A stretch of 64,000 nt of DNA, taken from assembly GCA_002069785.1 (NCBI GenBank), contig MWCA01000019.1:736-64735 (forward strand). The letters are read 5' to 3'. Position numbers and translations under genes: made by a program. A model generated the notes under the pieces. It was not told the origin of the DNA. It worked only from the letters and a program-made list of their open reading frames with translations, and did not search any database. This stretch comes from Lentisphaerae bacterium ADurb.Bin242. GTDB lineage: Bacteria; Verrucomicrobiota; Lentisphaeria; Victivallales; UBA1829. This document shows, piece after piece, positions 28,277 to 39,764 of the stretch; position 1 is the stretch's first letter; every line of letters begins with the position of its first letter.

Positions 28277-30553
28277 ATGATGATGAAACCCGGTTTGCTA
28301 TGTTTTTTTCCGGCGCTTGCTTTTCTGCTTGCGCTTTCGGCCGCTGAAATTGTCATAAAACCTGAAAATTCAGTGATTTCTTATTACAATTCCAGGGACA
28401 GGATCGTTGCATTTGATCTGAAGAAACATCTCGATCTGATCTTTTCCTCGAATATCCCTGTCACAAGCGACGGGAAGCCTCCGGAAGGAAAATTCGTTTT
28501 CCATGTCGGAAAGCTTCCCCCGGATGCGAAGGCGGAGTTCAAACCCGAGGAGGCAAGATGGCTTGCGACGCCTGAAGGCATATATTTTTACGGGGACAGG
28601 AATTCCGGTTCCCGGCACGCTGTGTATAATTTTCTTGAGGACGAACTCGGGGTCCGTTGGCCGGAGCCGGGGGAAATCATGTTTATCAGGCCTTCTCCAA
28701 TTGTTCTCGGGAAGGTTTCCGGAGCATGGACTCCGCCTTTCAGAGTACGAGGTATCCGCGGACGCGACCCGGAATACCGCCTCTGGTGCATGCGCATGTG
28801 CTTTGGAGGGCACGACCAGCCGCAGGTCGGACATGCTTTCACGGACTACTGGGAAAAATTCGGAAAAACCAATCCTGAATTTTTTGCTCTCAACTCTTCA
28901 GGCAAGCGTGCTCCGGCGCTTAAAAGCGGGAATGATACGGATAACCCGGCCGCGTTTCATGGGAAGAATTCACAAGCGGTAAAGATGTGCGTTTCTTCCG
29001 AGGCGCTCCACCGGAAGATTGTGGAGAAATGGAATTTCAAGGAAAAGCGCTACATCAATATATGCGAGAACGATTCCCCGCCGATTGAGTTCTGTTCCTG
29101 CGAAAATTGCAGAAAACTCGATCCGGTGAGAGCAACGCTTGGAAATTACTACCCGGATTTCCTTACAGATCGCTATGTATATTTTGCAAACGCCGTGGCA
29201 AAACTTGCTGTTGCAAAACGTCCTGATGCAAGAGTGTGCTACTATGCATACAATGAAACCGAACGTCCGCCCGTGCGGGAAAGGATATCCGCCAACCATA
29301 CAATAGGGATCGTTCCGACAGTATTTACCGTGGAAGGAACAGAAAAACTTCTTTCGGGCTGGAAGAAGGCCGGAGCAACGGAATTTTTCTGGAGACCGAA
29401 CCAGCATACATACTTCAATTCAGGCTGCATGCCTTTCGGATTCGAAAAGCATTTTTTCAACATACTCTGCCTGACGGTAAAACATGGAACGATTGGCTTC
29501 GACTACAGCAGCTTCCGTTCTCATCCGACGCTCAGTCTCAGCGATTATGTCCTTGCAAAAGGCATGAAGGACCCGTCCAGAAATTATGAATACTGGCTTG
29601 ATCATTACTGCTCCGCTTTCGGAGAGAGTGCGCCGTATGTAAAGGAGTATCACGAGTATTGGCGCAGAAACTGGGAAAAGAGGATCGCCCCGCATCTGGA
29701 CGAAATATTGAAAAAAGGAAGATATTACAATTTTGTTCGCGGAATGATGTGGGGCGAGCTGGCGAAATCCTTCGAGGAATCTGATTTCGACGCAACGGAT
29801 AAGATCCTTGAAACCGCTCTTTCCGGGAAGCTTTCCGATTCTGCCCGCGGACATATTGCAAAGATGCTCCTTGCCAACAAACATGCCAGACTTGTATACA
29901 GATCGATCGCCCTCAAAAGCGACGAGAATTCTCTCGCTCTGCTGAAGTTCAGGGAGAAAAACAATATCCCGATCCTGTTCGGGAGGGAAGAGAAATGGGG
30001 GGATCCCTGCGAGATCAAGACCATTTTGGCGCTGAGGGAATATGATCCGCCTTTCATCCGGACGAATCTTTTCTGGTACTTTAAACTCGACCCCTCCGAT
30101 ACGGGGGTGAAGGAAAAATGGTTTGAAGCCAGCGTCAAAACCTTCTCGAAGAACTGGGACGGAATGCTTCCGACCGACAGTTTCTGGGAGAATCCTCCCC
30201 CGCGCTGGAAACAGGTTTCCCCGGAACTGCGTGGAAAACTCAAGAATTATGACGGAACAGGTTGGTATGCAACCGGGCTCAAAGTTCCTGCGGAGTGGAA
30301 AAACCGCGACGTCTATCTTTATTTCGGAGCCGTTGATGAGTCCTGCTGGATTTACGTCAATGGGAAAGAGGTCGGGAAACATATTTTCAAAAACTCCTAT
30401 GACTGGACTGTTCCTTTCGGCATCCGGATCAATGACGGGATTACGAACTGGGATTCATCCGTTTACCAGAACATAATTGTCCGCGTGGAAGACAAAGCCG
30501 GAATGGGCGGCATCTGGAAACGGGTCTGGCTGGTTTCCAAAGCGGGCAAGTGA
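28277..30553 (+). CDS. secreted DUF4838-family protein with C-terminal GH2-N-like sugar-binding module
   Basis: Signal peptide; HAVYNFLEDELGVRW (DUF4838 hallmark); CSCENC (CxCxxC) motif; C-terminal GTGWYATGLKVPAEWKNRDVYLYFGAVDESCWIYVNGKEVGKH. Confidence 0.7.
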   Translation: MMMKPGLLCFFPALAFLLALSAAEIVIKPENSVISYYNSRDRIVAFDLKKHLDLIFSSNIPVTSDGKPPEGKFVFHVGKLPPDAKAEFKPEEARWLATPEGIYFYGDRNSGSRHAVYNFLEDELGVRWPEPGEIMFIRPSPIVLGKVSGAWTPPFRVRGIRGRDPEYRLWCMRMCFGGHDQPQVGHAFTDYWEKFGKTNPEFFALNSSGKRAPALKSGNDTDNPAAFHGKNSQAVKMCVSSEALHRKIVEKWNFKEKRYINICENDSPPIEFCSCENCRKLDPVRATLGNYYPDFLTDRYVYFANAVAKLAVAKRPDARVCYYAYNETERPPVRERISANHTIGIVPTVFTVEGTEKLLSGWKKAGATEFFWRPNQHTYFNSGCMPFGFEKHFFNILCLTVKHGTIGFDYSSFRSHPTLSLSDYVLAKGMKDPSRNYEYWLDHYCSAFGESAPYVKEYHEYWRRNWEKRIAPHLDEILKKGRYYNFVRGMMWGELAKSFEESDFDATDKILETALSGKLSDSARGHIAKMLLANKHARLVYRSIALKSDENSLALLKFREKNNIPILFGREEKWGDPCEIKTILALREYDPPFIRTNLFWYFKLDPSDTGVKEKWFEASVKTFSKNWDGMLPTDSFWENPPPRWKQVSPELRGKLKNYDGTGWYATGLKVPAEWKNRDVYLYFGAVDESCWIYVNGKEVGKHIFKNSYDWTVPFGIRINDGITNWDSSVYQNIIVRVEDKAGMGGIWKRVWLVSKAGK

Positions 30554-30637
30554 GAAACGGCGAACGGCAGGAAAGCATGGACCGGGGACGGGCGGAATTC
30601 GTCTTTCCCCGTTCTTCCATCCGTGGACAAAAGAAAT

Positions 30638-32284
30638 CTACTCGGTCAGGAATTTGTCCAGATTCCGGAGTCCCCGTTTGACGGCTTTTTCCACAGTTGT
30701 GTCCGAGGGGATGATTTTGGAGGCTTCCTCTTTGAGCGTTTTCAGGATGGACGCGTTGAGGGTAAGAAAATCCCGCGCCGCCGAAAGAAGGTTGACGGAC
30801 GGCTGGTTGAGGGTGCCCTCGAAGTTCAACGGCACTTTGATTCCGCAGATGATGAGCAGGGTTTTGATGTTCAGATTCCCGGTGGGCATGTCCAGCGTTC
30901 CCTGAATGGATTCCAGTTCGATGTCTTTCCCGCTCAATGAAATGTTCCGGATGTTCAGGACGCCATGGTCCGCTGCGAGATCCGCGGTCACTTTGTCGAA
31001 GTCCAGGTTCTTCCGGCCCGTGACGGCCTCGTTGATGGAGGCAAGACCGGCGTTTACCTCTTTTTTGAAATCCAGTTTCAGCCTTGCCATATTGATGAAG
31101 GAGGGCAGGGCTTCCAGCGGGATCATGACCAGCTTGAAGAGACGGCTCCTGCTGTCCAGGTCGACCGGGAACGACATGGCCTCCGCTTGAAGCTTGAGTT
31201 CCCCGGTGAGTTCGGACTGGAGGGATTCCGCGGTGAAGTTGCGTCCTTCGAAATGGAAATCGGCCAGCCGGACGGTCAATTCCGCTTTTTTATCCTGAAA
31301 CAGGAAAGAGAGCAGCGGGCCCGCATTGAAGTCCTGAATCTTTCCCTTGCATTGGAATTTTTTGCCCAGTTCGCCGGACAGCGTGAGCTTGCCGAGGGTT
31401 TGTTTGTCCTTGAGGAGGAACAGTTCCGAATTCTGGAGCCGGAAGGTGCCGTCTTCCAGGAATTTCCCGTCCGTGGAAAGATTCAGGCGGAGTCCCATTT
31501 TGGCGGGGAAAGTATAGTCGTTCAGCAGGACCAGGTCCATGACCCCGGTGTCCAGCTTGACATGAAACGCATCCAGGCCGTAATCGTCATCCAGCACGAA
31601 AACGGCGTTCATCCGGAAGGGAAGCGAATGGATGTGCAGGGGGGCGTTCGGGGTCGGGAACGTCTTGATTTCCGCATCCGCTTCCAGCGTGCATTTTTCC
31701 CGGGGGAGGAGGCGGTCGCCCTGAAGACGGCGGATGGTCCACTGCTGCCGGACCGCGTTCAGGGGATCGGTCAGCACAAATATGACATTTTCCGCCTTGA
31801 AAAAATGCATGACCAGCACCGGCTCCGTCGCGGGAGATGCGGAAGATTCCGGCGACGGGGCGGAGGAGGATGCGGAAGGCGTTTCGGCTGGCTGGCTGCG
31901 GATAACCAGTTTCATGTTTGAAACATGGGTGTCCTTCAGGTCGATCGTGCCCTTGAACAGTTTCCCGAGACGGACTCCGGTCGTGGCGGTCCCCACGTCG
32001 ATGACCGTTCCGCTTCCGTCGGAATAATGAAAGTTCTTCACCCCGACCCGGAACGGGACAAAGCTTTCGATGCGCAGATCGGAGGCTTCCATCTTCGCGT
32101 CGGTCAGGCTCGCCGCGAGCGGCAGCCAGAACGAACGCAGTGCATAGGGCGTCAGAGCGGAAACGGCCGCCAGGCAGACGGAGAGGATCCCGATGCAGAA
32201 AATCCAGAGAAAAAGCTTCCACTTCCTGTTTCGTTTCGAAACGGGTGCGGAAGCCGGAACGGAGCCTTCCCCGCCGTTTTTCAT
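30638..32284 (-). CDS. AsmA-family-like membrane-anchored protein
   Basis: One N-terminal TM helix, a long beta-rich repetitive body, and a C-terminal PLNFEGTLNQPSV motif like the AsmA C-terminus. ATGA overlap with the upstream ftsQ-like gene. Confidence 0.5.
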   Translation of the reverse strand: MKNGGEGSVPASAPVSKRNRKWKLFLWIFCIGILSVCLAAVSALTPYALRSFWLPLAASLTDAKMEASDLRIESFVPFRVGVKNFHYSDGSGTVIDVGTATTGVRLGKLFKGTIDLKDTHVSNMKLVIRSQPAETPSASSSAPSPESSASPATEPVLVMHFFKAENVIFVLTDPLNAVRQQWTIRRLQGDRLLPREKCTLEADAEIKTFPTPNAPLHIHSLPFRMNAVFVLDDDYGLDAFHVKLDTGVMDLVLLNDYTFPAKMGLRLNLSTDGKFLEDGTFRLQNSELFLLKDKQTLGKLTLSGELGKKFQCKGKIQDFNAGPLLSFLFQDKKAELTVRLADFHFEGRNFTAESLQSELTGELKLQAEAMSFPVDLDSRSRLFKLVMIPLEALPSFINMARLKLDFKKEVNAGLASINEAVTGRKNLDFDKVTADLAADHGVLNIRNISLSGKDIELESIQGTLDMPTGNLNIKTLLIICGIKVPLNFEGTLNQPSVNLLSAARDFLTLNASILKTLKEEASKIIPSDTTVEKAVKRGLRNLDKFLTE

Positions 32285-33108
32285 GGAAGCACCGGCTGTT
32301 GCGGAGAAGCCATCGTGATGACCGACATGTTCTTGAACAGAAGATTGATGTTTCTTCTCGGACTGTTGGTTTTGCGGATCTCTTCCAGCGCGGAAAGCAG
32401 TTTGCAGAGATTCCCGGAAATGTCTTTTTCCGGCATGACGACCCGGAAAAGCTCGCCCTCGCTGAAATTGTTCTTATAGTAGATCGCACAGGAGAGCTGA
32501 CCGGGGACAAGGATGGAGATGCTGGCGATCTTGATGTCCGGATAGGTTGTCTTGGTCAGCATGATGAGCTCGACGGCGCTTTCCAGCTTCCGGATACAGG
32601 TGCCGGGCGCATACTGGGTGATGTTCTGGAGCCCGACGATGACCGGAAGACTGTAGGAGATATCCATGCAGCGGTTCTTGTTCATCAGGATGGATTCGGC
32701 ATCCACGACGAACGGCAACTTCGGACTGTTGACCAGGGCGATGGGAATCCGTTCCAGAATGGAGATCGTCAGGGTGTCCGGAAGGATTCGCGTGATCTTC
32801 ACCTGCTGGATGGAGGGTTCCCTTTGCAGCAGACGCCCGCGGAGTTCCCCCGGGTCCAGGCTGAACAGATTCGTGAGGCCCGGCTGGATGCGGAGGATTT
32901 CGCAGAGGAGGTCCTTCTTGTCCTGCCAGAATCCCTTGCTTTCCACACGGACGTCGGTGATGGTGAAGCGCTGGTTTCCGGAAAACATGCTGGAAGACGT
33001 CTGCCAGACCAGCCCGACCGACCCGCCGGTCAGCAGAAAGATCAGGAGGACGGCCAGCCAGATTTTCACAGACCTTTTTTTAAGAAACTCGAATTCCGGT
33101 AATTTCAT
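32281..33108 (-). CDS. ftsQ: FtsQ/DivIB-type cell division protein (POTRA domain)
   Basis: One TM helix followed by a POTRA-like segment FTITDVRVES..LFSLDPGELRGRLLQREPSIQQVKITRILPDTLTISILERIPIALV. Confidence 0.65.
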   Translation of the reverse strand: MKLPEFEFLKKRSVKIWLAVLLIFLLTGGSVGLVWQTSSSMFSGNQRFTITDVRVESKGFWQDKKDLLCEILRIQPGLTNLFSLDPGELRGRLLQREPSIQQVKITRILPDTLTISILERIPIALVNSPKLPFVVDAESILMNKNRCMDISYSLPVIVGLQNITQYAPGTCIRKLESAVELIMLTKTTYPDIKIASISILVPGQLSCAIYYKNNFSEGELFRVVMPEKDISGNLCKLLSALEEIRKTNSPRRNINLLFKNMSVITMASPQQPVLP

Positions 33109-33131
33109 CGAAGCCTCGTTTCAGTGACGGA

Positions 33132-36392
<3,261 letters not shown>

Positions 36393-36859
36393 GGGGCACA
36401 TTCCAATTCTGGGGTATTTTTACAGCTTCCGGGAATTCCGGCATGCTTCCGGAGTGATAATATATCACCGGATTTGTTTTTTTTCCACAGGGAATTTTTG
36501 AAAATGGTAATTTTCCGGAAGGAAAGGCGGTTTTGCGCCTGATCCGGACGGGTTCCGGAATGCAACCCGGAATCCGTTTCTCCCTTTTCCGGATCGGAAT
36601 GCGTGCGGAAACCTGTCCCCGCGGAGGAACTTCCTGTCATCCGGTTGAACCCGTCGTATGTCCGTATCAATGTCATTTTCGTTGTTCCGCCCTCCGCGAA
36701 TGTTACCGTATACAATTTTTTTCAAATTCCATAAATTTCACGGACCACGTACATTGCATAAAAAGAAAAGCAAGGTGGATACCGTAAAAACTTGAAAAAT
36801 TTGAATAGCCAGAATATATTGGCTGAATATTCTTCGACAATCATAGATGGAAAGCAATC

Positions 36860-36973
36860 ATGAATTACTTCTATATATTGTGGGCAATCGTCAATCTTCT
36901 TCTGTTACTTTTGTTTCTGCTTTCGGCTGACGGCTTGTTCCGGAAACCAGAAAGAAATTACTCTTTCACGTAA
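36860..36973 (+). CDS. possible 37-aa hydrophobic mini-protein
   Basis: MNYFYILWAIVNLLLLLLFLLSADGLFRKPERNYSFT has a single TM-like helix. No clear Shine-Dalgarno. Confidence 0.2.
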   Translation: MNYFYILWAIVNLLLLLLFLLSADGLFRKPERNYSFT

Positions 36974-37016
36974 ACCGCCTCTAAAAGTCAAACAATCATG
37001 AACCAGGATTTGTAAA

Positions 37017-37163
37017 ATGCAAAAACCATATCGGTATTTTCCAATTTTTCTGATCTGCATATTTTTATTTGCCGGGATTTCCTGCGGAGAGGAAAACCAA
37101 ACGACTTCAGACCGGCATCAACTCGACTCGATGGGGATATCTCTTTATTCTTTGTATGCATAA
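37017..37163 (+). CDS. possible 48-aa signal-peptide/lipoprotein-like mini-protein
   Basis: MQKPYRYFPIFLICIFLFAGISCGEENQ.. has a hydrophobic N-terminus ending in Cys. The lipobox is non-canonical. Confidence 0.2.
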   Translation: MQKPYRYFPIFLICIFLFAGISCGEENQTTSDRHQLDSMGISLYSLYA

Positions 37164-37217
37164 AAAAGATATCCCCCAAAAAAGGTGTTATTATGGCGTA
37201 ACAGATGGAGAAGAACG

Positions 37218-38240
37218 ATGAAATTTTTATTGTTTTTTTTGGTTTTATCGGTAGCAGGATTCTGCATTTTCCTGACTATACATGTCCTGCCTGAAAATAA
37301 TAATGAACTAAATCTATTAATCCAGGAATATCAGAAAGCTGATTCAAATAAGAATATAGAAAAGCTAAAAAAAATTTCCATTCAATTTTCGGAGCTTGCT
37401 TCAAAAGCCAAAGGATACCGTCAGAAACTTTATATTGGTATGCAATTTTACCTTGATGGACAGATTGCTGAATATGCTAATGATGTCGAAAAAGAAAAAT
37501 CCTTTTATACGAAGGCATACCCTTATTTGTATTCGAAGAATACTGCAATTTGGGATATAAAGTTGTATATCGCTAGAAAATTATCTGAAATATATATGAA
37601 AGAAAAAAAATATGAATTGATGGATCGCTGGCTTGCGAGAATCGATTCCGTATTGAAAGAAATGGATTCTTTAAAGGTGGATGGGCGCAACGAAATCACA
37701 GCAGTTTATCATAAAGAAAAAGCATTTATTCTTTTAGATTCCAATGACATATCACGAGCTACACGAGAAGCTGAAATTTCATGGGAAATTTATCAGAAGC
37801 ATCCTCAAGATATTTCTCGAACCACTTTACGACATCTTTTTTACTTGAAAGCAAAAATTGCAATGGCGCGGAAAGAATACCTTGCCGCCATCAACTATAT
37901 CTCTTTTGCCTTAAAAAACTGGATCGATGAAGACGGACTTTTTCCATCTGGTTTTTACAAGATATTTGTTGATGCTCATCTGAAAAATGGAACTTCTGAG
38001 GAAGCAGTTCAAACGCTGAACCACATCCTTACCCACCCTCTGTTATATAAGCATGACAGAGCCAGAGCTGAATATATGAGTTTGTATTATTTAGCACAAA
38101 TTTACCAAAAGAACGAAAAAAATGCTCTTTCAAGAAAATATGCTGAACAAGCCATGCAATATTCTTTGCCTGTCGAAATCCGTGAAAACTTAAAATCTAT
38201 TTTTACTCCCCAAGAAGAATCTTATCACGCTCGGCATTGA
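37218..38240 (+). CDS. hypothetical membrane-anchored helical-repeat (TPR-like) protein
   Basis: Very AT-rich codon usage. N-terminal TM/signal anchor MKFLLFFLVLSVAGFCIFL, then repeated amphipathic helical pairs. GGAG Shine-Dalgarno 7 nt before the ATG at 37218. Confidence 0.55.
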   Translation: MKFLLFFLVLSVAGFCIFLTIHVLPENNNELNLLIQEYQKADSNKNIEKLKKISIQFSELASKAKGYRQKLYIGMQFYLDGQIAEYANDVEKEKSFYTKAYPYLYSKNTAIWDIKLYIARKLSEIYMKEKKYELMDRWLARIDSVLKEMDSLKVDGRNEITAVYHKEKAFILLDSNDISRATREAEISWEIYQKHPQDISRTTLRHLFYLKAKIAMARKEYLAAINYISFALKNWIDEDGLFPSGFYKIFVDAHLKNGTSEEAVQTLNHILTHPLLYKHDRARAEYMSLYYLAQIYQKNEKNALSRKYAEQAMQYSLPVEIRENLKSIFTPQEESYHARH

Positions 38241-38913
38241 CTTTAAAAATTTTCCACCATGCCCCATTTGTGCCCAGTGCTTTTTCCGCTTCATCGATGA
38301 TCCGGAGGGCATAATTCCGGACTTTTTCCATGATGCCGGTCGTCATTTTGAAAAATTCAAAATACACGCCGATGATTTTTCCGGCGATCGGCAACTCTTT
38401 GTGAAATCCGATGTCCTCAAGAAGCGTGATGAGTTCATCCATCGAAGCCTTTGCCTGGAACATCGCTTCCACTTCCTGCCGGGGAGTGATGTCGTTTCTG
38501 GAAAGCCGGCGTTTTTCCGCCTCCGCCCTGCGTAAAAGGTTGGCTGTTCCCATAACGATTTCCATTCCCCGGGTGAGTTTCGCTGTCTCCTGCTGGACTT
38601 TCTGGACAACGTCCATGATTCCCCAAAGTTTCCTGCTGACGTCCAGAAGGACATCGTTCTTATCAAGAAACCGTTTGATTTCCAGTTCCGACAAAGCGCG
38701 CTTATAGGCGCTCCGTGAATTGACCGGAATATAGCAGGCTTTAAAAATTTTCTCCGCGGTGAGAGCATTTTTGTCCGAACGGTGCACCTGAATATATTCA
38801 CAGATTTTTTTGTATGTATTCAAATCGGTAAACATCCGGGCCGCTTCTTTCTCGATGAGTTTACAGAATGGAACAATGTTTTTGTCATTCAGGGGGACGT
38901 TATCGTTTCCCAT
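38203..38913 (-). CDS. hypothetical all-helical protein (236 aa)
   Basis: GGAGG Shine-Dalgarno 6 nt before the ATG at 38913, 29 nt downstream of the preceding gene. No recognisable domain. Confidence 0.5.
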   Translation of the reverse strand: MGNDNVPLNDKNIVPFCKLIEKEAARMFTDLNTYKKICEYIQVHRSDKNALTAEKIFKACYIPVNSRSAYKRALSELEIKRFLDKNDVLLDVSRKLWGIMDVVQKVQQETAKLTRGMEIVMGTANLLRRAEAEKRRLSRNDITPRQEVEAMFQAKASMDELITLLEDIGFHKELPIAGKIIGVYFEFFKMTTGIMEKVRNYALRIIDEAEKALGTNGAWWKIFKVNAERDKILLGE

Positions 38914-38942
38914 TTCCAACCTCCATGGATTCCAGGTTCATT

Positions 38943-39404
38943 TCAAAAAGTCGCCGACATTTTTGCATTCAGGAGCAGTTTCCATCCCCGCAACTCAGGC
39001 CGCAGGGGAAGTTTTTCCGACGAGATTAATTGAACAGGGATATGATTCAGTTTCAACGGCATGCCCGGAACCGATCCTTTCAGGGCTGTCATGACTTTTT
39101 CATGCGTGTCCACGGCGGCGGTCTCGCAAGCTGGCACACCGTTCGTCTCCGCCAGAAGGAAAACATGATATTCGACGTCCTGAATGAGACCGCCGAATTG
39201 CGGATCGGCAAAAACATCTCCGGAAGAGACCACCGCCGCGGGAAACCTTGCAAGATCGTCCATGACATTGAAAAGCTCCGAGAAGATGGGAACTCCATAC
39301 AATGTCCGGACCTCGCTCAACAGAGGATTCCCCTGTGAATCCGTCAGAGCGGAGAGTTGCGCCTTGATGTCGTTGAGCGTTTCTTCCATTTTCGGAAAAT
39401 TCAT
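38943..39404 (-). CDS. hypothetical protein resembling phage Mu gp37/DUF1834-type tail-associated proteins
   Basis: AAAGGAG Shine-Dalgarno 7 nt before the ATG at 39404. The pattern MEETLNDIKAQLSAL..LLSEVRTLYG..ARFPAAVVSSGD resembles the N-terminal layout of that family, judged from memory only. Confidence 0.45.
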   Translation of the reverse strand: MNFPKMEETLNDIKAQLSALTDSQGNPLLSEVRTLYGVPIFSELFNVMDDLARFPAAVVSSGDVFADPQFGGLIQDVEYHVFLLAETNGVPACETAAVDTHEKVMTALKGSVPGMPLKLNHIPVQLISSEKLPLRPELRGWKLLLNAKMSATF

Positions 39405-39764
39405 TTTCAGACTCCTTTCAAACCATAAAATGATGTCGATATGCGACCGGAATGATCGCATTTCCATATTATATGCAGAGCGTCAAATAAAAAAATGCGG
39501 ATTTTCCGGAAAAGAAGATGTGGAAGCCGCAAGTGAAAAGAAGAAAAGCAGCGGATTGTGTGCTGAATGAGGCAAAACGGAAATTATGAGAAAAAATGAA
39601 AAAAGCTTTTATTCGTAAAAGAACGGATGAATCAAATTCCTCCGGGATAACCGACATTACCGGTACGGGAGAGAAGGCCGCGCAGTTCTTCCGCGCGGCT
39701 TTCGGCGGGACAGTCTGCCGGATCGACGCCGGTGCCGTCGAGCGGAATTTTTGTCGCGCCGGAA

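Larger units (their letters stand above)
36715..39640. other. AT-rich genomic islet (probable horizontally acquired or prophage-remnant segment)
   Basis: Abrupt visible drop in G+C relative to both flanks. Contains only orphan genes. The 10-mer AAGAAAAGCA occurs at 36763-36772 and 39541-39550. Confidence 0.55.
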
